Source: Cenarchaeum sp. (GTDB taxonomy: Archaea; Thermoproteota; Nitrososphaeria; Nitrososphaerales; Nitrosopumilaceae). From it: DNA of 64,000 nucleotides. The DNA lies in the NCBI GenBank assembly GCA_965242695.1, contig CBDESU010000002.1, positions 1 to 64,000 on the forward strand. Direction: 5' to 3'. Made by a program: the position numbers and the translations under genes. Position 1 is the stretch's first letter. Each line of letters begins with the position of its first letter. The notes under the pieces are model-generated. The model searched no databases and had not been told where the DNA came from. It saw only the letters and a program-made list of their open reading frames with translations. This document shows, one piece after another, positions 1 through 12,200 of this stretch.

Positions 1-3000
1 CCGCAGGGCGGCGGCATCATCATGACCATGACCGACCTTGCGATGAACGTCGATCCGACAGACGAGGACACTTGGACGTTTGATACCACGGGCAACCAAG
101 CTGCCTACTACCGCATCTTTAACGATGATGGTGAGAGACAGTATCCAGGAATGCCTAGAACTGATGATAACCTTAATGACGCGGTTGACCGTGAACTCCA
201 GGGAATTGACGATAACCTATATCTGACAATCGATCGTAATGCAGAGAATGCGGAAAATCCCGCTGTCGAGATAAAAAGACAGAAGGATGGCAACCAGAAC
301 GACGGCCTCACGATAGCTGAAATAAACAGTGCCGGTGGCGTAGCTGCCATGGAACACATCGTCACCTTCATTGAGACGGGATCAAACACCGGTGTATTCA
401 CCAACACAGACAGTGACAGTGACACGCCCAACATTCTGGTTAGCGAAAATGCCGAGAGGGGAACCTCTGCGGTCGTTGACCACAACGACAGTAGTCAGTC
501 CATAGTGGTGGGCAGCTCCTTTGCAACCATAACGCTAGACGACGATGCAGTCGGCGGCGTGTGGAATTCTGGCGAAGAGATACCCGTCACGCTCACGGAT
601 GCGGATATTAACCGCAAGGCCATGGCAGATGAGGACATTGACGTGAGTGATTCCACCTTCACAATAATCCCAAGCGTGCGAATCGGCTCGCCGATTACGC
701 TAGCAGGGACCATAAACGGTGACAAGGGAATGGTGACGATAGGAACCAGCACGATGCCGAATAAGATGATGCTCAACTTTAGCGACAATGACAATGACAA
801 TGACGATCAGTTTACCGTAGATGCGTTCAGCGACGTAGCTCGCTTGAACCCCCCTGCGATGACCACTGACGACATAGTGACATTCAAGGCAGTGACGACG
901 GGCAAGGAGCTCCTGTCGTTCCTCAAGAACGACACGGCACAGCCCGCGGACATGGTGAACATAAAGCCCAAGCCAGCAACGTTTCAGTTCCTAAACTTTG
1001 ACGTTGGCTCGATCGGAAAGGTAAGCAGCGTAATGTTCCAGTGGAAGAACACAACCGACAGTGAGGTACAGAACCAAGAAATCAAAAACCAAAAAGGCGA
1101 GTCAATCACGGGTAGCGATGGTCTTGTGGACATAACTAATGTGACTCTAACCAATATTGCAGATACGGATACTGCGCAAGTCGACATAGTGTTGGACTTT
1201 GCAAGTACCGATTTCAAGAAAGGAGATGCGTATCCCGTTGTAGTCGACCTCTTTAGCTTTGGCCAAAAAGGCGACGGTGTTGCCCCTGGTGACAGGATCA
1301 ACAACGCCATCTATAGGCTTGAGCTGGAGGAGAGCGGCGACAACACCGGCGTGTTTGAGGGCACGATGGAGTACATCATGCTCAACCAGATCAACGTCCG
1401 GCAAGCTTCCACCTACGAGGACATCGACCCCATAAGCGACGCAGTCGTTATGATTGTGCACAACGACATGACCGACGAGGACTCTGTCCGCGTCAACTAC
1501 CTAGACCTGGGCGCCGACGGCGTTGCGACGCAGATCGCCGACCAGGTAGAGGCACCTACGACATCGGGCTCGGTCTCGTTCGACGCCGACAACTACAAGG
1601 TGGCCGACACGGTCACTGTGACCCTAGAAGACGCCGACATGAACACTGCTGTCGAGACGATCGAGATCTACACGGTCGTGACTCAGACTTATGCTTCGAA
1701 GAATGCCGATGGAAAGGACATTACTGTCAACGATCCCGCCTTCGACATGGTAGGTGTGGGGGAATATGGCAGGGCCGGCGGCATCGCCAGCGGCGACGCC
1801 CTTGGCCGCGTCCTAGACATTACATTCGACGACCAGCTGTGGCTCAAGGGCTGCGGCATCAGCGGCGACAACGGCCTCGCCTCGACCGGCTTTACACTGA
1901 TCGAGACGGGCGCTGACACAGGCGTCTTTACCGGCGACTTCCAGATTCCGTTGCAGTACTGCCACAGGGTTGGCAACACGATGGAAGCCAGGTCTACCAC
2001 CGGCGTCGACATGGAGGTCAACTATGTCGACTATCGGGATGCATCCGGCGAGACCATTGAGGTCGGCGACAGCGCCGGCGTCAGGGCCAACACTGGCTCC
2101 GTAAACCTAGACAGGACAGTTTACCCTGTTCCGTTTGGGACTCCTGCCAACTTTGCAGGACAGAACCTGCAGGGCGCGTCGATTTTCCCGATCCATGCGA
2201 CGGGAATCCTCAACAACCAGCTTGTACCCGGCACTTACATTCCCAACGGAGACCTTACGATCCACGTGCGCATCAACGATCCGGACTTTGATGTCTCGGC
2301 CAGCGGCGAGGACTCGATTGCGGTAAACGTGCCACGCGGCATGCAGACTGCATCGAGCCCGAACCTTGAGCACGGCCCACTCAAAGTCACGATATCGAGG
2401 GGCGCATCGTCGGTGATCGTGGCGACCGCCGGCGGCGAATCGTCCAACGACGGCCGCATTACCACCTTGGGAGCCACGACTTCCGTCCAGAACGGCCAGC
2501 TTGTCACTACACTGTTTGATGACGTCAGGGTCTACGATCCAAACCTGAAATATCCTAACAACACAGAAATTCCGCGCACTCTGCAGCCTATAACTAGGGA
2601 ACTTGGGCCGATCACCGAGATCGCGCCCGACGCGGGCATATTCGAGCTCGACCTGACCCTGAGGTACACCGATGGGCCGGCTGGGCCGCAATGCCCGAAC
2701 ACTGTCAACTTTGACGGACTCGGCGGCAGAGCCGACGGCAACACGGCGGACGTAAGGTTCACCGATACTGTGTCCCGCCACTGCATACAGCAGGGCGACA
2801 TCATCACCGTAGAGTACACCGACCCGACCGACTCGTCGGGCAATCCGAACACCGTGACCGACTCGGCCACGTTCGACCTGCGCAACGGCGTCCTCCAGTC
2901 CGACAAGTCCGTCTACATCATCGGCCAGGACATGATCCTGACGCTGATCGAGCCGGACCTCGACCTGGAGAGCGACGAGGCCGAGACGTACGATCTCGAC

Positions 3001-4392
3001 CTGATCGAGTGGGACTCTGACGCGGCCGGCCTTACCATGGGCAACATCGGCGGCGGCAACTTCGATCCCGAGCCTTCCGACCTGAGGGAGACCGGCGACA
3101 GCACTGGAATATTCCAGGTTGTAGTCGAGATACCCGAGGCGTTCGGCAACAACCGCGTAGAGCGGGGCGAGGAGATCGAACTGGAGTACATCGACTACGG
3201 GCCGTCCGGAGCCGACTACGTCGGCGACGACACCGAGGACATCAACCTGACCGTCTTCACCTCCAACTTTGGGGCAACGATCGAGCTGGACCAGAAGGTC
3301 TACACGTGGACCGACAAGGTCTACATTACGATCGTCGCGCCCGACCACAACTTCGACTCGGACCTTGTCGACGAGATCGGCGAGACGCCTAACGACCCGA
3401 TCAGGGTCTCTACGCGTAGCGCCGAGCTCGAACGCTACCGCCTCGTCGAGACTGGAACCGACACCGGCATATTCGCCGGCGAGGTGATCCTGACCGGCTT
3501 TGCCCACGACGCGGACGGCGACACGACCACGGGTGACCGTGGACTTGATGTTGTCGACACGGAGGCATCCGGCAGCGGTCCGACCGACGGCAAGCTTCCG
3601 ACGGGCGACGACGACGGCATTACCGTGTCGTTCGAGTTCTCCGAGGACGAGACCGTCGTGCAGACGGCGCTTGTGCGCTGGAGCATCGGCGAGGTGCAGT
3701 GGCTAGAGACCAGCTACCCGGCCCAGGGCACGGGCATCGTCAGGGTCATCGACCCCGACATGAACCTAGACCCCGAGGCCGTAGACAACTTCGGCATCGA
3801 CGTGTACTCGGACTCGGACTCGGGAGGCATCGACCTCACCGTGACCGAGACCAACGAGGCCACGGGCGTGTTCGAGGGGACGGTCTTCTTCACCACGACG
3901 GACGAGTCGTCGGGCCACAGGCTGCGCGTCGCCGAGGGCGACACGATCACGGCCGAGTACACCGACGGCACGCTCCCGAACCCGTACAGCACCAACGACG
4001 ACATTGACGTGACGGCAGCCGCAATCATCGGCACGATCGTGCCTCCGCTCGAGAGGGCGCCGGTCTCGAACGCCCGGGTAGTCGATTCCTTCGGGAACAC
4101 GCTATCCTCGGTGTCCGTGGACCAGCAGGTGCAGATAACGGCCGACGTGATCAACGGGCAGGACCGGACGCAGTCGTTCGCGTACCTTGTCCAGATACAG
4201 GATGCCAACGGCGTCACCGTCTCGCTCTCGTGGATAGAGGGCTCGCTCAATCCGGGCCAGTCCCTCTCGCCAGCGCAGTCTTGGACGCCCGACATGCCAG
4301 GCTCGTACACCGCAACGGTGTTCGTCTGGGAGTCGGTCGACAACCCGACCGCGCTGTCTCCGCCGGGCACCGTAACGGTCAACGTAAGGTAG
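1..4392 (+). CDS. S-layer protein (Nitrosopumilus-type SlaA-like), copy A, 5'-truncated by window edge
   Basis: Very acidic protein of >1450 aa with repeated 'ETG.DTGVF.G' Ig-like strand motifs and the thaumarchaeal C-terminus 'YLVQIQDANGVTVSLSWIEG..LSPAQSWTP...YTATVFVWESVDNPTALSP'. Bases 1-21 (PQGGGII) align with internal residue ~230 of copy B, so the true start lies upstream of the window. Confidence 0.88.
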   Translation, partial: PQGGGIIMTMTDLAMNVDPTDEDTWTFDTTGNQAAYYRIFNDDGERQYPGMPRTDDNLNDAVDRELQGIDDNLYLTIDRNAENAENPAVEIKRQKDGNQNDGLTIAEINSAGGVAAMEHIVTFIETGSNTGVFTNTDSDSDTPNILVSENAERGTSAVVDHNDSSQSIVVGSSFATITLDDDAVGGVWNSGEEIPVTLTDADINRKAMADEDIDVSDSTFTIIPSVRIGSPITLAGTINGDKGMVTIGTSTMPNKMMLNFSDNDNDNDDQFTVDAFSDVARLNPPAMTTDDIVTFKAVTTGKELLSFLKNDTAQPADMVNIKPKPATFQFLNFDVGSIGKVSSVMFQWKNTTDSEVQNQEIKNQKGESITGSDGLVDITNVTLTNIADTDTAQVDIVLDFASTDFKKGDAYPVVVDLFSFGQKGDGVAPGDRINNAIYRLELEESGDNTGVFEGTMEYIMLNQINVRQASTYEDIDPISDAVVMIVHNDMTDEDSVRVNYLDLGADGVATQIADQVEAPTTSGSVSFDADNYKVADTVTVTLEDADMNTAVETIEIYTVVTQTYASKNADGKDITVNDPAFDMVGVGEYGRAGGIASGDALGRVLDITFDDQLWLKGCGISGDNGLASTGFTLIETGADTGVFTGDFQIPLQYCHRVGNTMEARSTTGVDMEVNYVDYRDASGETIEVGDSAGVRANTGSVNLDRTVYPVPFGTPANFAGQNLQGASIFPIHATGILNNQLVPGTYIPNGDLTIHVRINDPDFDVSASGEDSIAVNVPRGMQTASSPNLEHGPLKVTISRGASSVIVATAGGESSNDGRITTLGATTSVQNGQLVTTLFDDVRVYDPNLKYPNNTEIPRTLQPITRELGPITEIAPDAGIFELDLTLRYTDGPAGPQCPNTVNFDGLGGRADGNTADVRFTDTVSRHCIQQGDIITVEYTDPTDSSGNPNTVTDSATFDLRNGVLQSDKSVYIIGQDMILTLIEPDLDLESDEAETYDLDLIEWDSDAAGLTMGNIGGGNFDPEPSDLRETGDSTGIFQVVVEIPEAFGNNRVERGEEIELEYIDYGPSGADYVGDDTEDINLTVFTSNFGATIELDQKVYTWTDKVYITIVAPDHNFDSDLVDEIGETPNDPIRVSTRSAELERYRLVETGTDTGIFAGEVILTGFAHDADGDTTTGDRGLDVVDTEASGSGPTDGKLPTGDDDGITVSFEFSEDETVVQTALVRWSIGEVQWLETSYPAQGTGIVRVIDPDMNLDPEAVDNFGIDVYSDSDSGGIDLTVTETNEATGVFEGTVFFTTTDESSGHRLRVAEGDTITAEYTDGTLPNPYSTNDDIDVTAAAIIGTIVPPLERAPVSNARVVDSFGNTLSSVSVDQQVQITADVINGQDRTQSFAYLVQIQDANGVTVSLSWIEGSLNPGQSLSPAQSWTPDMPGSYTATVFVWESVDNPTALSPPGTVTVNVR

Positions 4393-4467
4393 ACGACAAA
4401 AGATACTAGTTTCACTTTCCTTTTTTCATTTTTTTAAATCCTTCTTCGTGGGGGATGCTGTGCCCCC
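2778..4467 (+). repeat. Left arm of ~1.7-kb inverted repeat (S-layer 3' half + 3' UTR)
   Basis: Reverse complement matches 7547-9242 almost base for base, apart from a short variable patch near 3530-3580. The match continues ~75 nt past the stop codon (gatactagtttcac...gggggatgctgtgccccc). Confidence 0.92.
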
Positions 4468-4469
4468 AC
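4405..4469 (+). terminator. Archaeal oligo-T terminator with downstream hairpin
   Basis: T-rich tract (tttccttttttcattttttt) directly after the S-layer stop, followed by the stem-loop gtggggg-atgctgtg-cccccac. Confidence 0.7.
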
Positions 4470-5022
4470 ATGCACGTCATGTTTGATATGGGCCAACTGT
4501 GAGATACATGATGTTGCCAAGTCGTTGACCTGCCCAGTCTCGGGAAGTGCCCCGCTGCCTGTTGACGAGTCCCGACCGGCCACCGCACCGCTGTCGCTGC
4601 CCCCTGACGAGGGCAGCGGGCGGAATACCGTCGAGTGTCGATCTATATGGCATCCGGACATGTCGTGCCTTGTCAAGCGGCGCACGGCCGCGGATGATCC
4701 GTTGGTTATCCGTCCCCCGCTTAGCAGGCGCAGTGTAGGTTGGTTCCGATCGACAATGGCGGTGCACGACCACCGCATGCCTCCGAGAGTCCCGTTGTCC
4801 CTGCACCCGGTAAGAGACCGACATGAACGCAACCGTTCCGCCGCTATAGGGGGCAGGCCGCCTGTTCGGACGCCTGTCGGGACGTTTGTCGCCGAGTGCA
4901 CCCCGCCTGTCCCCGACCCCTAGGCGCCGTGCGTTCCCGTGCTGGCGCGCGGGCTTGCACGGCTTGTGATTTTTCGTCCTGCCGGGCGCCAGGGCCCTGA
5001 TGGCGCCCGTGCCATGTGCATG

Positions 5023-5808
5023 TCATCTGCTACCAGGTACCGCTGCGCGGGCGGTGGCCGCCCATGCGGCCGCCGCATTGCCTGCAGCTGTGGCGAATTC
5101 AGTCCATGCATCCGCCGCCGCGGACGTTTCCTTCGCACCGGCATCCGCCGCCGCCGCTGCGTCCTTCATCGCCGCTATTGCCTGCTTATCTGCCTCGGCC
5201 GCATCGGCGGCCACCGGAACCAGGTCTATCCGCACCCCCGCACTCGCCGCCGCCGCCGCATGCATGGCCGCGGCGGCGGCGGCGGCCGCAACCGACGCTG
5301 CGCGGGATGCCGCCGCATCAGCCGCCTGCTCATCCGCCGCTGCGCGGGATGCCGCTGCCGCTGCGCGGGATGCCGCTGCCGCTGCCGACGCATCCGCCTC
5401 TTCCTTTGCCGCCGCCGCCTGCGCGTCAGCGGCCCGCACCGCGGCCTGCTCTTCCTTCGCCGCCGTCCCGTGCGCGCTTGCCCGCGTTATCGCCGCCGCC
5501 GCCGCGTGGCGCGCATTGGATCGCAGTTCATACTCCGCCGCTTGTCGCTCGTACTCCGCCGCCGCCTTGTACGCCACCACTGCCAGTTCGTGCGCCATTG
5601 CCGCGCGGCCATCGGCTAGACGCGCCGCGCGGCCATCGGCTAGACGCGCCGCACCGGCCATGTCGTCAGCAACCGCCCGGTGCGCGACGGCCCGTTCGTA
5701 TGCCGCCGTTGCCCTATGCGCCGCTACTGCCGCCCGGTGCGCGACGGCGGCCGCCGCCGCCCATGCCGCCGCTGCGCCACCCGCCAACGCATCTGCCGCT
5801 AATGCCAT
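5023..5808 (-). CDS. Ala-rich low-complexity helical hypothetical protein
   Basis: ORF with a TATA-like ttaaaa ~25 nt upstream of ATG 5808. Contains short tandem repeats (AAASRAA, ARLADGRA). Confidence 0.45.
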   Translation of the reverse strand: MALAADALAGGAAAAWAAAAAVAHRAAVAAHRATAAYERAVAHRAVADDMAGAARLADGRAARLADGRAAMAHELAVVAYKAAAEYERQAAEYELRSNARHAAAAAITRASAHGTAAKEEQAAVRAADAQAAAAKEEADASAAAAASRAAAAASRAAADEQAADAAASRAASVAAAAAAAAMHAAAAASAGVRIDLVPVAADAAEADKQAIAAMKDAAAAADAGAKETSAAADAWTEFATAAGNAAAAWAATARAAVPGSR

Positions 5809-5921
5809 CAAAGTGCCGCATGGGTTGTATGTTTTAACCTTGACGCTGTGCCCGCGTGCTCGCATGCGGTGCAGTTTGAGCACCATGTTTGGACTGCAGG
5901 TTGGCGGCACCTAGATGATTG

Positions 5922-6323
5922 TCACTGTGCCGCTTGCATGGGCATGCGGCATTCTCTTGTCGCCGCACGTGCCTCGTCTGCCGCCGCCCGCGCCGCCCGC
6001 GCGGCGGCGCGGGCGGCCTCTATTATGCCGGCGTCGGCGGCGGGTGGTGACCCGCGAGACGGCGCGGCAACATAAAGGGCGGCCTGTTCGGCCTCGTCGG
6101 CGGCCTGTTCGGCCTCGTCGGCGGCACTCTTGGAGTTCCGCCACGCCAGGTGCGCGACGGCCTGTTCGGTGCGCTCAATGCTGGCGTCGATGGTCTTGCC
6201 GCTGCCGAGTGTTATCATCATCTCAACGGCGCGCGTTGCGGCGGCGGCTGATGCGGCAGCGACCCCATATGCGGTCGCACGGTCCGTAGCATCTTTGGCC
6301 GCGGCGCGCCGCGCGTCGTCCAT
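5922..6323 (-). CDS. Ala-rich hypothetical protein
   Basis: TATA-like ttaagta ~25 nt upstream of ATG. Internal 21-bp duplication (ADEAEQA x2). Shares an 'AVAH' motif with the neighbouring ORF. Confidence 0.45.
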   Translation of the reverse strand: MDDARRAAAKDATDRATAYGVAAASAAAATRAVEMMITLGSGKTIDASIERTEQAVAHLAWRNSKSAADEAEQAADEAEQAALYVAAPSRGSPPAADAGIIEAARAAARAARAAADEARAATRECRMPMQAAQ

Positions 6324-6650
6324 GCCGCGCGCACGCGCCGACGCTACTTAACTGCTTCGGCCCGCGCGGCCGCATGTGCGGAGGGCTTTGGGCTTACGCA
6401 CTTGTGCCCGGCGGGCGCCCCGGCGCCCGCGGCGGCCATCCGCATGCTCCTTCAACGGGCCGCCGCCCGCTACCTGTCCTCCGCTCCGCCTCTGGGGTGC
6501 CGCACCCGTGCCGGCAGGTGCGTCCCGAGGGTGCCGAACGGGCGCCAACGCTTAGCGGCTCCAGACAGCATTAAAAACACCCGTAGGCCGCCTGCTCGCG
6601 ATGGCGGGCCAGCACAGCTGGGGCGAGGCTGGTCCCGGGGGCGATCAGAC

Positions 6651-7058
6651 ATGGGCGACATGGGCGCGATCACCACCAGCCTTCACCTCGCCTCAGAGCT
6701 CCTCCGGCCGTACATGGCGACCCTAAAAGATGCCAGGTCGCGCGGCGGCTTTACAGAGCGGCAGGACGAAGTCCAGAGCCTCTTGGACGTCCTCGTTCCG
6801 ATGAGCCTCCACCTCCGGGACATGTCCTGCTTTAACCTTGGCATTGACGGCGAGAGGATGTCAGAATTCCTGCGCCGCCGTCACCGCGAGGGCTGGCCTG
6901 CAGCTAGGGACGACATCATCTCGCTCGCCTTGAGGCTCGAAAAAAGCGGCGGTTCCAAGGCGGCCCTCTCGGGGAAGGATATGTCCGTCCTTGACGGCGT
7001 GGCCGTGTCCCTCGACAGTGTGTGCTCGTATCTGTACAGGAAGACGCGCCGGAGATGA
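6651..7058 (+). CDS. Hypothetical helical protein
   Basis: Normal-composition segment of ORF 6402-7058 (MGDMGAITTSLHLASELL...). Its stop overlaps the next ATG (ATGA). Confidence 0.55.
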   Translation: MGDMGAITTSLHLASELLRPYMATLKDARSRGGFTERQDEVQSLLDVLVPMSLHLRDMSCFNLGIDGERMSEFLRRRHREGWPAARDDIISLALRLEKSGGSKAALSGKDMSVLDGVAVSLDSVCSYLYRKTRRR

Positions 7059-7264
7059 ACGTGGAATATCTGAGGCGCACGATCCGCGATCAGATCGACA
7101 GGGCGCAGTCGCTAGCGGATGGGATCCCGCGCAGGTCCGGGCATGCCGTCTTGGGGCGCTTGGCCGCCTCGTGCAGGGCCGCACTGGAAGGGGGGGGGCG
7201 CAGCCGTTCAACGCCGGAACACGCCCACTGGCGCATGAATGCGGGCGCTGCGGATGAAGGATGA
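7055..7264 (+). CDS. Small hypothetical protein, possibly degraded downstream of a G9 tract
   Basis: ATGA overlap with the previous gene. N-terminus MNVEYLRRTIRDQIDRAQSLAD looks protein-like; sequence after the G run at 7190-7198 does not. Confidence 0.35.
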   Translation: MNVEYLRRTIRDQIDRAQSLADGIPRRSGHAVLGRLAASCRAALEGGGRSRSTPEHAHWRMNAGAADEG

Positions 7265-7546
7265 GGAGATGCGATGGTACGGGTGTGCAGTGATCCCCTG
7301 CTAGAGTACGACCACGCCTTTCCGCCTCTGACGGCCGAGAGGCTGCCGAGTCTGTAATTCCGGTTCGGCCGATCGGGCCGAGAGCTATTCCAACGAGAAG
7401 GACGCAAGACAGGGACTGCCACATGCCGTCTCCCTTTTGAACAATGCCGGCGGGGTTTTCCAGGGCGAGGGTGACGCGGACTTCAGTCCTGAACAGAAAC
7501 TCGTCGCCAAGCCGCCCCCTGCACCACATCCATGTGCATCACAGGC

Positions 7547-9242
7547 GGGGGCACAGCATCCCCCACAAAGAAGGATTCAAAAAAATGAAAAAAGGAAAAG
7601 TGAAACTAGTATCTGTGTGTGTTGTCTACCTTACGTTGACCGTTACGGTGCCCGGCGGAGACAGCGCGGTCGGGTTGTCGACCGACTCCCAGACGAACAC
7701 CGTTGCGGTGTACGAGCCTGGCATGTCGGGCGTCCAAGACTGCGCTGGCGAGAGGGACTGGCCCGGATTGAGCGAGCCCTCTATCCACGAGAGCGAGACG
7801 GTGACGCCGTTGGCATCCTGTATCTGGACAAGGTACGCGAACGACTGCGTCCGGTCCTGCCCGTTGATCACGTCGGCCGTTATCTGCACCTGCTGGTCCA
7901 CGGACACCGAGGATAGCGTGTTCCCGAAGGAGTCTACCACCCTGGCGTTCGAGACCGGCGCCCTCTCGAGCGGAGGCACGATCGTGCCGATGATTGCGGC
8001 TGCCGTTACGTCAATGTCGTCGTTGGTGCTGTACGGGTTCGGGAGCGTGCCGTCGGTGTACTCGGCCGTTATCGTGTCGCCCTCGGCGACGCGCAGCCTG
8101 TGGCCCGACGACTCGTCCGTTGTGGTGAAGAAGACCGTCCCCTCGAACACGCCCGTGGCCTCGTTGGTCTCGGTCACGGTGAGGTCGATGCCTCCCGAGT
8201 CCGAGTCCGAGTACACGTCGATGCCGAAGTTGTCCACGGCCTCGGGGTCTAGGTTCATGTCGGGGTCGATGACCCTGACGATGCCCGTTCCCTGTGCCGG
8301 GTAGCTCGTCTCTAGCCACTGCACCTCGCCGATGCTCCAGCGCACTAGCGCCGTCGTCACGACGGTCTCGTCCTCGGAGAACTCGAACGACACGGTAATG
8401 CCGTCGTCGTCTCCCGTCGGAAGCTTGCCGTCGGTCGGGCCGGTGCCGGACGCTGGGGTGTTGACGATGTCGTAGCCGTTGGTGCCCGTTGTGGTGTCGC
8501 CGTCCGCGTCGTGGCTGAAGCCGGTCAGGATCACCTCGCCGGCGAATATGCCGGTGTCGGTGCCCGTCTCGACCAGGCGGTACTGCTCGAGCTCGGCGCT
8601 CCTCGTGGAGACCCTGATCGGGTCGCTAGAGGTCTCGCCGATCTCGTCGACGAGGTCCGAGTCGAAGTTGTGGTCCGGCGCGACGATCGTGATGTAGACC
8701 TTGTCGGTCCATGTGTAGACCTTCTGGTCCAGCTCGATAGTCGCACCAAAGTTGGAGGTGAAGACGGTCAGGTTGATGTCCTCGGTGTCGTCGCCAACGT
8801 AGTCGGCGCCAGACGGGCCAAAGTCGGTGTACTCGAGCTCGATCTCCTCGCCCCGCTCTACGCGGTTGTTGTTGAACGCCTCGGGTATCTCGACTACAAC
8901 CTGGAATATACCAGTGCTGTCGCCGGTCTCCCTCAGGTCGGAAGGCTCGGGGTCGAACACGGCGCCGCCGCCAAGGTTGCCCATGGTAAGGCCGGCCGCG
9001 TCGGAGTCCCACTCGATCAGGTCGAGATCGTACGTCTCGGCCTCGTCGCTCTCCAAGTCGAGATCCGGCTCGATCAGCGTCAGGATCATGTCCTGGCCGA
9101 TGATGTAGACGGACTTGTCGGACTGGAGGACGCCGTTGCGCAGGTCGAACGTGGCCGAGTCGGTCACGGTGTTCGGGTTGCCCGACGAGTCGGTCGGGTC
9201 GGTGTACTCTACGGTCAGAATGTCGCCCTGCTGTATGCAGTG
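7547..9242 (-). repeat. Right arm of ~1.7-kb inverted repeat
   Basis: Near-identical reverse complement of 2778-4467. Confidence 0.92.
7575..7612 (-). terminator. Oligo-T terminator of S-layer copy B
   Basis: A-rich tract aaaaaaatgaaaaaaggaaaagtgaaa on the + strand immediately after the minus-strand stop. Confidence 0.7.
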
Positions 9243-12200
9243 GGTCGGAACGTTGTCGGTAAACCTGTTCTGGGCTGCAGTGCCGTCGCTACCGTCGAGC
9301 GCCTGGAAGACGCTCGTTGTCGGACACTGCGAGCCGGACGGCCCGTCGGTGTACCTCAGGACCAGGTCTAGCTCGAATATGCCCGCGTCGGGGGCGATCT
9401 CGGTGATTGGACCAAGTTCCCTCGTCATGGACTCGCCGGTAGAGACTATCTCGTTGAGCGTGACTTGCCGCGATATGAACTGCGCCGGATCGGTGTCCGG
9501 AACCTGTTCTATGATGTTGGCAGTGCCCAAGGTCGTGATTCGTCCATCGTTAGCCTCTGGACCGCCCGCAGTGCCGACTATGACGCTGGATGCGCCCCTC
9601 GAGACCGTAATCTTGAGAGGCCCATGCGTGCTCACGCCGTTGCGTTCTACGGTCGTCTCTATCTTGTCCTCGCCGCTTGCCGAGACATCAAAGTCCGGGT
9701 CGTTGATGCGCACGTGGATTGTCAGGTCGCCGTTGGGCAGGAACGTGCCCGCCGCGGGCCAAGTTCCGAGCCCGGTCGCGTGGATCGGGAACACGGATGC
9801 GCCCTGAGGCGGGTTGCCGCCGTAGTCGGCCGGTACGCCGAACGGAACCGGGTATACGGTCCTGTCTAGGCTCACCGTGCCGGTGTTGGCCCTGATGCCG
9901 GCGCTGTCGCCGACCTCTAGGGTCTCGCCAGAGGCGTCGCGGTAGTCAACATAGTTGACCTCCATGTCGACGCCGGTGGTGGACCTGGCCTCTGCCGCGT
10001 TGTTGCCAAGCCTGTGGCAGTACTGCAACGGGATCTGGAAGTCGCCGGTAAAGACGCCCGTGTCAGATCCCGTCTCGATCAGCGTAAAGCCGGTAGCGCC
10101 GAGGCCGTTGTCAACACTGGCATCTATTGGAGTTCTATCCTCCCCTAGGGCGGGATCTCCAACCATGCAGCCTTCGAGCCACAGCTGGTCGTCGAACGTA
10201 ATGTCCAAGACGCGGCCGAACGACTCGCGGGCGCTGTTGAGGCCGTAGCCGTCAACGCCGACCATGTCATATGCCGGATCGTCAGGGGTGTCCACAACGG
10301 TGTAGATCTCGATCGTCTCGACATCTACGTTGAGGTCGGCATCTTCCAGCGTCACGGTGACCGTGTCGGCCACCTTGTAGTTGTCGGCATCGAACGAGAC
10401 CGAACCAGATGTCGTCGGAGCCTCTACCTGGTCGGCGATCTGCGTCGCAACGCCATCGGCGCCCAGGTCTCGGTAGTTGACGCGCACAGAGTCCTCGTCG
10501 GTGAGGTCGTTGTGCACTATCAGGTTGATCGTGTCGCTGATCGTGTCAAGGTTATCTAGGTATGTGTTGCGATCGCGGACGTTGATCTGGTTGAGCATCG
10601 TGTACTCCATCGTGCCCTCAAACACGCCAGTGTTGTCGCCGCTCTCCTCCAGCTCCAGCCGGTAGATGGCGTTGTTGATCCGCTCGCTGGCGGCAACGCC
10701 GTCGCCCATCTGGCCAAAGCTAAAGAGATCGACTGCGACGGGGTATGTCATGCCGTTATCAAGAGTGGCGCTTCCAAAGTCCAGCATTATGTCGACAGAC
10801 TCAGCATCTGCGAGTCTGCTGACATCAACACTGGTTATGTCCACAAGGCCTTGGTTGCTACCCCTGACGTTCGGTATGTTGATACTCTGCGCAGTGCCGT
10901 TGTTCCACTGGAACTCTGCGCTGCGAAGATCGCCGATTGAGCGAACGTCGAAGTTGAGGAACTGGAACGTGGCAGAGGGATAGCTTACACCTATGAGGCT
11001 GCCGTCCCTGTAGACCTTGTTGTTTTCCTCGTCAGCAAGGAACGAGTCAAGCGCTTCACCGGTAGTCACTCCCTCGAACGTGACAGTGCTGTCGCCGGTC
11101 GCGTTAAGCGTAAGCCTAGCGACGTCACTGAACAAGTCGACTGCAAACGTACCGTTGTTGCCTGCTAGTGGCCTGTCCCCTACCATGGCAGAGGTGGCGC
11201 CGGCGAGCGTGATCGGCGAGCCGATACGCACGCTTGGAATTATCGTGAAGTCTGGATCGCTCACGGTAATGTCTTCGTCGTTCATGGCCTTCCGGTTTAC
11301 GTCTGCATCCGTCAGTGTGACGGGTATCTCCTCGCCAGAGTTCCACACGCCGCCGACTGCATCGTCGTCGAGCGTTATGGTTCCAAAGGCGTGACCCACC
11401 ACCACGGACTGGATGGCGTCGTTGTGGTCAACGACGGCAGAGGTTCCCCTCTTTGCCATGTCGCTGACGACGACGTTGGGGGTGTCACTGTCACTGTCGG
11501 TGTTCGTGAACACGCCGCTGTTTGATCCCGTCTCGATAAATGTGACTATGTATTCCATGGCACCTACACCGGTGCTAGGAATGCCATCGGAGTTCTGGTT
11601 GCCACCTTTCTGCTCCATGATCATTACTGCGTCATTTTCAGCACCTTCCGCATTGCGGTTGATCGTCAGATATAGATTGTCGTCAATCCCAGCAAGATCG
11701 CGATTAATTGCGTCAGGATCAGTATTGGGTGTTGCATCGCCGTCGTCGTCAAAGACATAGTAGTATGCCCCTTGGCTACCGGTAGTGTCAAACGTCCAAG
11801 TGTCCTCGTCCGTCGGATCCACGTTCATTGCAAGGTCGGTCATGGTCATGATGACGCCGCCGCCCTGCGGATACCTGTCGCGGCCCAGCTCCAAGCCGGT
11901 GCCGTACTCGTCAGGATCGCTGTCGTAGTAGAGGGTGACGCTCTGTGTGTTGCCACCCTTCTGATACTCTACGACGATGTCGGTCTCGTCGTCAAATCCA
12001 TACACCTGTATAAAGGGCCAGTCATTCACATCTGCAAGGTTGATGCTCCCAGTGTTGCCGGGAGCCGCCGTGTTGGCGGCCTTGTCGGTTCGGATGACCG
12101 GGTGATTGCCCTCGCGGGCGCAGAAGACATCGTCCGTGCCATATGTAGGCACACCAATGTCGCATGTGGGGTCGCCATAGTCTATGGCGCCAGAAGTGTC

